Shown here: in pieces, positions 1 to 9,155 of the stretch
How positions within the stretch are numbered: the stretch's first letter is position 1
How the letters are laid out: every line of letters starts with the position of its first letter
Origin: Bacteriovoracaceae bacterium
GTDB taxonomy: Bacteria; Bdellovibrionota; Bacteriovoracia; Bacteriovoracales; Bacteriovoracaceae
Reading direction: 5' to 3'
Assembly: GCA_041586955.1 (NCBI GenBank)
Contig: JBFGZE010000031.1
Location: forward strand, 1 to 31,266
DNA length: 31,266 bases
Made by a program: the position numbers and the translations under genes
The notes under the pieces: model-generated
What the model was told of the DNA's origin: nothing
The model's database searches: none
The model's input: the letters and a program-made list of their open reading frames with translations, nothing else

Positions 1-302
1 CGATTCAATCGATCCTCACCCTGGGATAGCTATCAAAAGCCTTACTCTAAGGAGAAAAAGCATAAGTGGGGGTATTCAATAGAATTTATGGACAAAACTA
101 AATGTGAGATGCGTCTTCACAATTTTGGGCTGAGAGGAATGTGTAAGGTTTGAACACTACCTTAAATAACATGGACTTATATCTGTATAACCTTCAATTC
201 TGACCGTGTAAAGAGTAGCAATCCCATATAAACCCCTACTTCAGGGTGTTATCCTCGACTTATATTAACTATTAGATTGATCTTTAATTGGTTTAGGACT
301 GT

Positions 303-1430
303 ATGAAAAAGAACTTAACGATTATTTCACTTCTCTCGCTGCTCTCACCTTTGCTCCTCGCAAACTCTAATTACAAAACGTTACAAACAATGAAAAAAGG
401 GGCCAAAGATAATCTCACGCTGAATACAAAACTTAAATCTTATAAAGTCGACGGCATCGTTAATAAGGCCAATATTATCAGTTTTAATATAGGTGGTAGT
501 GGCACTTTTAATATGATTCCTAATTTAGACCTCAAAATAAATGCAGGAGTTAAATTCAGGAGAGGTAGCTCTGATTCACTATATGCCTCCGGCCCTGATT
601 CAAACTCGGACTTTTACCTAAGTGAGGCCATCATTGAATATAGGCCATTTGAAAGAGTCCGTTTGCAAGCAGGTGCCCTTGATCAAGGTGAGATTGAAAA
701 TAGTTTCGTTGTCTCTAAGACGTCATTTTTAGGAATCAAAGAATTGGTATCATTTTCGACATTTGATGGAGAGCTAACATTATCGGCCCAGCAAAGTATT
801 CCTAATTCTAAAAATAATTCAAATAAAATCGATAAAGTTGAAGATGGAAACCCAGTCTTCTTTTTCGAAGAAATCACTTATAAAAAAGAAAGTTATTTTC
901 TCGATACTACACTTTCTGTCGGTCATTTCGCTTACGACCAATTATCTAATAGTTCCGCCAACTCTAGTCGTTTTTATGGAAATACAATCACCGGATTAAA
1001 CGAATCCAGCGCAGATTACAAATATTCCTTTATTGGTTGGACTGCTGGCGCTAACTTAGATGTCAAAATAGATAACTTTACTTTTGGTTTAGGTGGTGAC
1101 TATCTCATTAATACCGCCGCTGATACTGATGGAAACCAAGACTTTGTTCTCAATTCAAAATTTGAAATTGTTTCTGAAAGAAATACGACAGGGTTAAGTA
1201 CTGGTCTTTACGAAGTCGCATCAGATTCAACTCCTGCTATTTATTCTTCTTCATACTATGGTAATAAAAATATGAAAGGTGCAATTATCACCCTTTATCA
1301 TCATAATGCACTTTATGATTTTAATTCAAAATTATCATTCCGCACGAGTAAACCAATAAATAAATCCCTTTATCAAGACAAAGAAAATACAATCTATATG
1401 GAAATAAGGAAAGACTATGACATCTTATAA
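303..1430 (+). CDS. Secreted putative outer-membrane beta-barrel (porin-like) protein, 375 aa
   Basis: Signal peptide MKKNLTIISLLSLLSPLLLA; many alternating hydrophobic/polar strands (LDLKINAGVKF, VRLQAG, WTAGANLDVK, FTFGLGGDYL, terminal IYMEIRKDY); AGGA RBS upstream. Family not recognised. Confidence 0.65.
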   Translation: MKKNLTIISLLSLLSPLLLANSNYKTLQTMKKGAKDNLTLNTKLKSYKVDGIVNKANIISFNIGGSGTFNMIPNLDLKINAGVKFRRGSSDSLYASGPDSNSDFYLSEAIIEYRPFERVRLQAGALDQGEIENSFVVSKTSFLGIKELVSFSTFDGELTLSAQQSIPNSKNNSNKIDKVEDGNPVFFFEEITYKKESYFLDTTLSVGHFAYDQLSNSSANSSRFYGNTITGLNESSADYKYSFIGWTAGANLDVKIDNFTFGLGGDYLINTAADTDGNQDFVLNSKFEIVSERNTTGLSTGLYEVASDSTPAIYSSSYYGNKNMKGAIITLYHHNALYDFNSKLSFRTSKPINKSLYQDKENTIYMEIRKDYDIL

Positions 1431-4128
1431 TTTTCTTGTATCGACTATTCTACTATCATTAATAGGATGTTCTGCTGGAGTAGACAAAAAGGATGTGAAT
1501 AACGTCCGAACCTCTTCTCTTTTTGCAGACAAAGTGAATATCATCAGTAAAAATACTTTGCGGGCCAGCTCAGCAATCGATAGTCTTATTGAGTCCAAAC
1601 AATACACTCTCCAGGCCTGTCTTAAGGAAGGCAGCGGCAAGAAAGTCTTGGCCTACCAAAATGCTATTGCGAAAACCAACGGGCAAGAAGTCAAAACAAA
1701 AACAGACCAAAATGGCTGCCTTACGTGGGACATTAACCCGAAGTATGACTACCAGAATAAAAATACGTGTCGTCTTTATTCAACTCAAATTTTATTAACT
1801 GATAGTTCATATAGTACGAAAGTTAATTACTCTGTCGATATTAATACAGATCAATTTTCCGACCGCCGATATTCACAAGGTTGCAAGAATAACGTTGACC
1901 ATCTTGAAAGGAAAGATGATCATAATGGCCTTGTTTTCACGAAACTCATAATGAAATATGATAGTAATCCAAAAAATCAACGAAGTGATACAAAACATTT
2001 ACATTATAATATTAGTTATTCCGCTTGTATTAAGCATGAATTATCTAGTGCAAAGATTAAAAATACACCTGTTAAAGTAGAAATTTTCAATAAAGAGACT
2101 AAGGCGAAGCACACAATGCTCCGTAACACAGATCACGATGGTTGCATTAATTGGAAATATGGAACTAAATTTGAGCAACATAAATACAGTCATTGGATGG
2201 ATAATCAATTCAAGGTCACAACTCTTGATAATAAAAACCTCAATAATGCTAGCGTTTCTCGCCAAGTCTTTATTAACCCTTGGGAAGGAAGATCCGATTT
2301 ATTTTTTATCGATTCAACAAAGTCCTACCCTGATGAGAACAAATTAAAGCAAAACTCTCGCTTTCATCTCGATGGCGTGATGTATATTTTGGTTGGTAAC
2401 GATGTTCAAAACTTTCAAGTAGACCCATATCTTGGCCTGACAATGAAGAAGACCTACCAAGTTGTACTCAAGCCTCGTATTGACCGCATTCAATTATTTA
2501 CAGAGGGAGCGCCCCAAAGAGAATGGGTTAAAGATGGTAAATTTAAATTAAGTTTTATGCTTCTTTCTCCTAAAGAAGGTGATATTGAAATTGATCAAAA
2601 TAATTTTACTAATTTCAAATTTATCACTGGCGCTCAAAAAACAGTTGAAATCCGCGGTGGTGTCATCAATAGTCTAATTAATCTCCCTATTAAAATTACA
2701 GATATCCCAAAATTGGCGACAAGGGCATTATCTGTTTTTAAATTGGAGCCTCTTGAGGACATTGGCCTTAGACCAGTTATTGTAACGGGTTATTTCAAGG
2801 CAAAACTTCCCTGGATTAAAACAAATGTTATGCCGGCAGATGCTCTTACCTATACTGCCAAGGATCATATTCGCAATATGTCCACAAAGTTGAGTGAAAC
2901 CGATCGCAATATTATGGAAGGTAAACTTGATGATGGTAAATTCAACAAGATTGAAGATATTGTAACAACTGGCCTTTTTAGCAAAGAAGAAGTTCAAGAC
3001 TTTAGAGAAAAGATTGATTTCAAAGATTATGTAGAAAGTCTATTTATAAGCTTAGACGAAAAAATTAAACAATCCAGCAAGGATTTTCCCTTTGAAAGGA
3101 CTCCTAAGCAAATCTTTGTGGAGCATTTAAAAAAGGTTAATCCCGATTTTAAAATCAACACTGTTAAAAATGATGAGGATATCCGCTTAACAGCACAAGA
3201 TTTTTCTGACATTTTTAAAGACCAGAAAAACCCTGTTTATAGCGAAAAGGTTATTGAAAAAATTTGTAAGGCGGCCTTTCCCTCAAAAAAGGAGATCGCT
3301 TCATTTTCTTCCTATGCAATAACAAAGGCCCACCCTCAATATAAACCATGCCTAAAGGAGCCGAGTAAGTTTTTTCACATTAAACCATACCGCCACTTAG
3401 TTAAACTTAAAGAGAGTAAACCCGATTATTCCTCTCGCTGGAATGTCGGCATAAGTGCTCGCATTAGTGATGGTACTGGTAAATCTTATGACCGTTATTT
3501 CTCCATTCGCCATGGTATGGATGGTGCAATGAAAATGCCTCTTGGTGATTTTTTCACCTTAGGTTTTCGCTTATTTGATATTTCCTATAGCCAATCCTGG
3601 AGAAACTACACCAGAAGTAGTCATGACCAGTCAATTGGCGCCAATAAAAACCTCATTGTGGAAAAATATAAAATCGACCTCAAGGGAACCTTTGATCAAT
3701 GCCTTCTCATTAATGGCAAGGAATATAACCATATCCCTAACAACTCCAATTATCTGCCAGAGGTAGTTAAAGTGAGAACCCCTCTTAACCATTATATTTG
3801 TGGTGGAGAAAAAAACGAGAGTCTAAGTGAAAATTGGTACTTCGTCAGACCAAACTTCCCAAGAGCACTTTTAACCGATACAGAAGGACCGACAGAGATT
3901 GACCTCATGAAGATTATGAGAGGATATAGCTCCTATCAAAAGCTTGAAACAGCACTTAGAGATGAAACCAAAGAGTTTGTTCTTCAAGACCTTCGCAAGA
4001 ACTATTCTTTGGATGACCATATCTTTGATGCATGGGGCCATTTACTTGATGGTAACTTCACACCAGAGGAGACCAGTGAAAACTTATCTCGTTTTACAGA
4101 AGGCTCCTTTCCTGGAACGATCGAATAA
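1417..4128 (+). CDS. Large hypothetical lipoprotein, 903 aa
   Basis: Long ORF overlapping the upstream gene by 14 nt; AAGGA RBS; hydrophobic N-terminus with lipobox LIG-C18; ten further Cys; followed by a terminator. Confidence 0.7.
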   Translation: MTSYNFLVSTILLSLIGCSAGVDKKDVNNVRTSSLFADKVNIISKNTLRASSAIDSLIESKQYTLQACLKEGSGKKVLAYQNAIAKTNGQEVKTKTDQNGCLTWDINPKYDYQNKNTCRLYSTQILLTDSSYSTKVNYSVDINTDQFSDRRYSQGCKNNVDHLERKDDHNGLVFTKLIMKYDSNPKNQRSDTKHLHYNISYSACIKHELSSAKIKNTPVKVEIFNKETKAKHTMLRNTDHDGCINWKYGTKFEQHKYSHWMDNQFKVTTLDNKNLNNASVSRQVFINPWEGRSDLFFIDSTKSYPDENKLKQNSRFHLDGVMYILVGNDVQNFQVDPYLGLTMKKTYQVVLKPRIDRIQLFTEGAPQREWVKDGKFKLSFMLLSPKEGDIEIDQNNFTNFKFITGAQKTVEIRGGVINSLINLPIKITDIPKLATRALSVFKLEPLEDIGLRPVIVTGYFKAKLPWIKTNVMPADALTYTAKDHIRNMSTKLSETDRNIMEGKLDDGKFNKIEDIVTTGLFSKEEVQDFREKIDFKDYVESLFISLDEKIKQSSKDFPFERTPKQIFVEHLKKVNPDFKINTVKNDEDIRLTAQDFSDIFKDQKNPVYSEKVIEKICKAAFPSKKEIASFSSYAITKAHPQYKPCLKEPSKFFHIKPYRHLVKLKESKPDYSSRWNVGISARISDGTGKSYDRYFSIRHGMDGAMKMPLGDFFTLGFRLFDISYSQSWRNYTRSSHDQSIGANKNLIVEKYKIDLKGTFDQCLLINGKEYNHIPNNSNYLPEVVKVRTPLNHYICGGEKNESLSENWYFVRPNFPRALLTDTEGPTEIDLMKIMRGYSSYQKLETALRDETKEFVLQDLRKNYSLDDHIFDAWGHLLDGNFTPEETSENLSRFTEGSFPGTIE

Positions 4129-4160
4129 TAAAAAAAGGCTCCTATTAGGAGCCTTTTTTA
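4129..4160. terminator. Bidirectional rho-independent terminator
   Basis: taaaaaaAGGCTCCT-att-AGGAGCCTttttta: perfect stem with A and T tails between two convergent genes. Confidence 0.92.
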
Positions 4161-4161
4161 T

Positions 4162-6354
4162 TTAATAATTTAATAATTTTTCTAAAACTTCTTCCACGTC
4201 CGAGGTTTGAGGCAAAATATACTCTTCAGAGGAAGGGCAATAGGCCACATGGCAATCTTTCGCTGCAACTCTTAAGATAGGAGCATCAAGAGATTCGAAG
4301 CATTCTTCATTCACACATGAGGCGATTTCCCCCGCAAAACCGGAGGTTTTAGTTTCTTCATGGGCAATCATCAAACGATTCGTTTTAGCTAAGGACGTTT
4401 TAATGGCGTCCATATCAAAGGGTGCAAGTGTTCTAAGGTCAATTACCTCAACCGAGAAGCCCTTCTCTTCCATTTTCTTAGCAGCATCAATAGACTTCTG
4501 TACAAGAGCACCCCAAGCAACAATCGTTGCATCAGTTCCCTCTCGCGCAATTTTCGCCTTACCAAAAGGAATCATATAATTATCACCAACATCAGCGGTC
4601 CTATTATAGCCTTGATAATAAAGGTGCTTATGCTCGAGAAACATAACGGGATCGTCAGACTTAATGGCCGTTCTTAAAAGGCCGGCCGCATCTTGAGCAT
4701 TACTAGGGAATGCCACACGAATTCCTGGAATATGAGTAAAGAGTGACTCTCCACATTGAGAATGATAAATTGAACCACCTCTTAAATAGCCTCCAATTGG
4801 GACTCTAACAACCATCGGGCATTTAAAATCCCCACCCGAGCGATAACGAGTGGTCGACATTTCATTTTTCAGCTGCATATAGGCCGTCCAAATATAATCA
4901 AAGAACTGGATCTCAACAACGGGTTTAATCCCTCTCATTGCCATACCAATCGCGCGGCCAATAATATTCGCTTCCGCCAATGCAGAATTAAAAACTTGAC
5001 CTTCTTTGGCAGCTCGTTGAACACCTGAAGTAACCTTAAAAACCCCGCCCTTACCTTTAAGCTCTGGGTCTTCTAATTTATTCAGGTCGGTAAAGTCCGC
5101 AACATCTTCGCCAAACATCCTTAAAAGAGGATTTTTAGCAAATTCTTCTTTTAGAACTTTATTAATGGCACCGGCCATAGGGATATCGTCCTTACCATCT
5201 AAAACCGGTCGTGTTTCAAATTGCTCACCAGTAATATCGGAATCTTCAGAATACAAATGCTTAAGAGAGTCCTCTTTCGCAGGCCACGGTGTTTTGATGG
5301 CCTTCTCCATCGCCGTACGAACCTCTGCATTCACCTCATCATAAAGTTTAGTGAGGTCTTTTTCATTCATAATCCCAGTATCCTTCAGTAATTGCGGATA
5401 AGAATTAATGACGTCTATTTCAGATTCTTTAATGATTTCATCTTCCGTCCGATACATGCTTTGATCGTCCGATAGAGAGTGAGAATAAGGTCTTGTCACA
5501 TGGGAGTGAACTAAGGCCGGGCCTTTTTTAGCACGGATATGTCTAACCGCTTCCGAAAAGGCGGCATAAGATTCAATAGGACAATTGCCATCACATTCAA
5601 AAATCTTAAGCCCTGGAAAATTAGAAAGGGCCTTTGAAATAGAGCCCTCAGGAGTTTGTACGCTGACCGGGGTTGAAATAGCAAAACCATTATCTTCAAT
5701 GTGAAAAAGAACTGGTAGCTTGTTAACAACGGCGGTAGTCATCCCTTCCCAAAACTCTCCTTGAGAAGTCGTCCCATCGCCACTTGAAGTATAGACAACT
5801 TCGTCTCTTTCAAAGGCATTTCCTTCAGTATCATGGCCTTCGTCTTTTAATTTTTGGAGGTATTCTCCAGCTTCGGCAATGCCACAGGCCTGTAAAAATT
5901 GGGTGCCAGTACAAGAAGATTTGTTCACAATATTGTAATCGACATGGCCCCAATGAGCTGGCATTTGACGGCCATGAGAGGCCTTGTCACCCACATTACC
6001 ATTGGCCTGACAGAGCATTTCATAAGGGGTTACACCCAGGGCCAAGCAAAGAGCACGGTCTCGGTAATAAGGGATAAACCAATCATATTTTGGTTTCATC
6101 GATTTGGCCGCGGCCACTAAAACACCTTCATGGCCAGCACCAGAAATTTGGAAAAAGGCCTTTGATTGTTTTCTCATTTGAATTTCTGCGTCGTCGATTT
6201 TCCGTGAAATATAGATTTGACGCATGAATTGAACAAGGTCGTCTTTCTTCAGATCATATTTTTTAGCGAGTTTTAATTTATACTCAATTCTTTTCGTTGT
6301 TGATTCCGGTTTATTAGACTTCTTCATAGATATACTCTCTGTAGATTCCAGCAT
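4162..6354 (-). CDS. 2-oxoacid (probably 2-oxoisovalerate/branched-chain) dehydrogenase E1, fused alpha+beta subunits
   Basis: Alpha: ISGAGHE, PYYRD, GRQMPAHW, TPP motif GDG...EDNGFAIS, HSLSDD loop. Beta: GEDV, EIQFFDY, HSQ, FLEHK, EVIDLRTL. Close to Leu dehydrogenase. Start may be 6327. Confidence 0.92.
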   Translation of the reverse strand: MLESTESISMKKSNKPESTTKRIEYKLKLAKKYDLKKDDLVQFMRQIYISRKIDDAEIQMRKQSKAFFQISGAGHEGVLVAAAKSMKPKYDWFIPYYRDRALCLALGVTPYEMLCQANGNVGDKASHGRQMPAHWGHVDYNIVNKSSCTGTQFLQACGIAEAGEYLQKLKDEGHDTEGNAFERDEVVYTSSGDGTTSQGEFWEGMTTAVVNKLPVLFHIEDNGFAISTPVSVQTPEGSISKALSNFPGLKIFECDGNCPIESYAAFSEAVRHIRAKKGPALVHSHVTRPYSHSLSDDQSMYRTEDEIIKESEIDVINSYPQLLKDTGIMNEKDLTKLYDEVNAEVRTAMEKAIKTPWPAKEDSLKHLYSEDSDITGEQFETRPVLDGKDDIPMAGAINKVLKEEFAKNPLLRMFGEDVADFTDLNKLEDPELKGKGGVFKVTSGVQRAAKEGQVFNSALAEANIIGRAIGMAMRGIKPVVEIQFFDYIWTAYMQLKNEMSTTRYRSGGDFKCPMVVRVPIGGYLRGGSIYHSQCGESLFTHIPGIRVAFPSNAQDAAGLLRTAIKSDDPVMFLEHKHLYYQGYNRTADVGDNYMIPFGKAKIAREGTDATIVAWGALVQKSIDAAKKMEEKGFSVEVIDLRTLAPFDMDAIKTSLAKTNRLMIAHEETKTSGFAGEIASCVNEECFESLDAPILRVAAKDCHVAYCPSSEEYILPQTSDVEEVLEKLLNY

Positions 6355-6413
6355 ACTGATTCCCCACTCAAATTTGAGATTTGCGATACTGTACCTAAAA
6401 GGATAGAGAATGT

Positions 6414-7514
6414 CTAAAACCCGCTGGAGAGCGTCATTGCGAAACGGCGATCTTCCTTACCGCGAAAGGATGAACTTGAAGTATCAACAGCATAAGTCGT
6501 TAAATCAAATTCCAAATGCCGCGAGCGAATCCCTAGACCTGCTGAGCCATAGCCGTCACCATAACCAAAGCGCATAAAAAAGGTTCGAGCGATATCAAAT
6601 TCAAGGCCAGCAGTTATGCGACGAGTCGTTGTTAAAGAGCTATGCTTAAGCGTGGCGTCTTTCAAATTCGCTTCCATATGGATCCTAACCTGCTTGCCAA
6701 TCTGAGGGGTAATGGAAAAGCCTAAATCAATAGAGTTAATAATATCCGCGGGACCGTCATCTCCTGAAAACTTTTGTTGAGTCGAATTGTTCATTTTTGC
6801 AGAAAATGTCGGTAAAAACTCGATGGGCAGAGTCAGCTTTGCCCCTGATATGATAATGAGGGCGACTCCCTTCTTATAATCAATGGTCAATGTTTCATTG
6901 GGATCCGCTTCACCAAGGTCCTCATTACGGTTAAGCAAGACAGCTGTCGCACCAATCTTAAAGACGCCCCCAAAAATTGAAATATTTAAACTTCCATAAG
7001 GCCCGTGATCAAGGCGATCGGCATACTCCAATTGAGCTCCTGCATCTTCGCCTAAAGTCGCCCGTTGTTGCTTAGACAGCATATAACCAAAAGATAAATA
7101 ACGAGTGGTAAAATTGGGCATTAAGGATATTCGGGCATGGGATAATTTACCTTTATTTTCTAATAAAAGTTTACGAGTCCCATCCATGCTCAAACTGCTC
7201 ATCAAATTTGAAGTCCCATCGGTGACGCTACCGCCCGTCCCCATTTGAATCCAGCCTTTATTGACCTCAAAATGAAAATTAGATAAATGCATATGGGCAT
7301 AACGAACAGTTCCCAGCCCAGCGGGGTTAAAGAACGCTGAACTTGCATCATCCACCTTAGAAATAAAAGCATTCCCCATGGCCAGAGATCGGCCAGATCC
7401 CACTAACTCGGGAAAGATCCCATCCTGAAAGTCAATCGCTCCCCAAACAAGGTTCAAAGGCCCAAAGGAGAGCAAAGAAGTGAAAAGGAGTATTATTTTA
7501 AAGAAACCCTTCAT
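6414..7514 (-). CDS. Outer-membrane beta-barrel protein, PorV/UPF0164/FadL-like N-terminus
   Basis: Signal peptide from Met at 7514 (MKGFFKIILLF...); motif GRSLAMGNAF...DDASSAFFNPAGL; amphipathic strands; C-terminal Phe (MTLSSGF). Confidence 0.75.
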   Translation of the reverse strand: MKGFFKIILLFTSLLSFGPLNLVWGAIDFQDGIFPELVGSGRSLAMGNAFISKVDDASSAFFNPAGLGTVRYAHMHLSNFHFEVNKGWIQMGTGGSVTDGTSNLMSSLSMDGTRKLLLENKGKLSHARISLMPNFTTRYLSFGYMLSKQQRATLGEDAGAQLEYADRLDHGPYGSLNISIFGGVFKIGATAVLLNRNEDLGEADPNETLTIDYKKGVALIIISGAKLTLPIEFLPTFSAKMNNSTQQKFSGDDGPADIINSIDLGFSITPQIGKQVRIHMEANLKDATLKHSSLTTTRRITAGLEFDIARTFFMRFGYGDGYGSAGLGIRSRHLEFDLTTYAVDTSSSSFRGKEDRRFAMTLSSGF

Positions 7515-7580
7515 AGAGTTTATTATAGGAAAAAAGAAGATTAAAACACAATGCGGCAAATGCCTTCCCTCTCCCTAAGT

Positions 7581-7618
7581 ATAGAAAATCCGGAGATTTA
7601 AGGTCCCGGATTCTCTAT
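7581..7618 (-). terminator. Stem-loop, probable terminator after Leu dehydrogenase
   Basis: Minus strand ATAGAGAATCCGG...CCGGATTTTCTAT inverted repeat about 20 nt after the stop codon; U tract short. Confidence 0.6.
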
Positions 7619-7639
7619 CGCTTAAAATGTTGGAGTAAA

Positions 7640-8749
7640 TTAGTATCTTTTCTTGCGCCCCGGAAAGCGGTGAGAGACATTGCCAAGATAGCGACCTTGG
7701 ATTTGCTTAATGGACTCAATACGCGCCTCTGCAAGCAGGTCAGCCGCTTTATAAACAGGAATGTTCTGCTCATCAGAAATTTTGAAAATCTTCATCGTGG
7801 TGTCATAAATAGTATCGACCATACGAGTGGCCTTATTATCAGACCATCCTTCAAACTCGATACTAACATTCATTAATCCACCAGCATTGATCAGATAATC
7901 AGGTGCATACAGGATATCTTTCTTTCTTAAGATATCTCCGTGACGTGGTTCGGCCAATTGATTATTAGCAGCACCTGCAACGATCTTGCACTTAAGACGG
8001 TCGATAGTATTATCATTAACTGTTGCCCCTAGCGCACAAGGAGCGTAGATATCGCAATCAACATCGTAAATTTCTTCTACGCCAATAAACTCAGCACTTG
8101 GGCAGGCCTGCTTGAATAACTCGATATTTTTTTCATTGATATCTGTAAAGAAAACCTTCGCACCATTCTTATGTAGGTATTCTCCTAAAAAACGACCAAC
8201 TGAGCCAGCACCTTGAAGGGCGACAACTTTGCCGTTTAAAGAACGATCTCCGTAAACCTTAGCACAACTGGCCTCCATTCCCTTAAAGACGCCGCGAGCG
8301 GTATAGGGAGAAGGGTTGCCTGAGCCACCATGAGTTTTCGCCACTCCAACAGCATTGGAAGTTTCAGTGAAAATATGTTCAATATCTTCAACCCCAATAT
8401 TCACATCCTCAGCGGTAATATAGCGACCGTTAAGTGATTCTAAGAAGCGACCGTAGGAACGAAAAAGAGCTTCCGATTTATCTTTTTTAGGATCACCGAT
8501 AATAACAGCTTTCCCACCACCAAGGTTAAGACCAGAAACGGCCGCTTTGTAAGTCATGCCTTTTGAAAGACGAAGAACATCATAAACGGCCTCTTCTTCT
8601 GAAGCATATGGCCACATTCTTGTTCCGCCAAGTGCCGGCCCTAAAGTTGTGTTATGAATCGCAACGATGGCCTTTAAATTGCAAGATGGGTCACTAAAAA
8701 AGACTACTTCCTCATGTCCTTCAGCGTATAACTTTTCAAAGCTTATCAT
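7640..8749 (-). CDS. ldh: Leucine dehydrogenase (Glu/Leu/Phe/Val dehydrogenase family)
   Basis: GPALGGTRM, GMTYK, GGGKAVI, YITAEDV, GAGSVG, APCALG, GAANNQL, APDYLINAGG; AGGAG RBS. Confidence 0.93.
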   Translation of the reverse strand: MISFEKLYAEGHEEVVFFSDPSCNLKAIVAIHNTTLGPALGGTRMWPYASEEEAVYDVLRLSKGMTYKAAVSGLNLGGGKAVIIGDPKKDKSEALFRSYGRFLESLNGRYITAEDVNIGVEDIEHIFTETSNAVGVAKTHGGSGNPSPYTARGVFKGMEASCAKVYGDRSLNGKVVALQGAGSVGRFLGEYLHKNGAKVFFTDINEKNIELFKQACPSAEFIGVEEIYDVDCDIYAPCALGATVNDNTIDRLKCKIVAGAANNQLAEPRHGDILRKKDILYAPDYLINAGGLMNVSIEFEGWSDNKATRMVDTIYDTTMKIFKISDEQNIPVYKAADLLAEARIESIKQIQGRYLGNVSHRFPGRKKRY

Positions 8750-8873
8750 GAACTAACTCCTAAACTGCTGACTACAAAAATGCAGACAAGCCCAATTGAA
8801 TCTCATAGAATTGGTGACTATAAGAATTAGTTAATGAAATACATATACCCACCGTGTCGAACCCGGATAAATA

Positions 8874-9155
8874 ATGATAAAAATCAATATAACCACTGAA
8901 AATGACAAGACTCTCTTTGATCAATGCTCCGAGGCAAGAGGCGATTTACCCCATGGCTGTCTATCGGGAAGCTGCGGTGCTTGCAAAGTTTGGGTAATAG
9001 AGGGAGATGATCTTTTAAGTGCAGCTGGAGCGGTTGAGCAGGATACGCTCGATCATCTTAAGAAAAAAATCCAGGAAGTTCCCAACGCAACCCTAAGGCT
9101 TGCCTGTCGGGCCAAGTGTCAACAAGCTGGTACGATTACCTTTAAACCTGCCTAA
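8874..9155 (+). CDS. 2Fe-2S ferredoxin
   Basis: C-X4-C-X2-C (CLSGSCGAC) plus distal RLAC cysteine. Confidence 0.9.
   Translation: MIKINITTENDKTLFDQCSEARGDLPHGCLSGSCGACKVWVIEGDDLLSAAGAVEQDTLDHLKKKIQEVPNATLRLACRAKCQQAGTITFKPA

Noticed and set aside
101..126. CRP/FNR-like TGTGA...TCACA inverted repeat
   Set aside because: Spacer is 9 nt rather than 6; may be another operator or hairpin but cannot be supported.
1..153. Open + frame 1 (50 codons) at the window edge; also a possible minus-strand TTG start near position 8 with GAGG upstream
   Set aside because: No recognisable protein motif and too little context to choose a frame or strand.
4162..6354. Fusion of E1 alpha and beta as a novelty
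   Set aside because: Fused E1 alpha/beta proteins are well known in many bacterial phyla.
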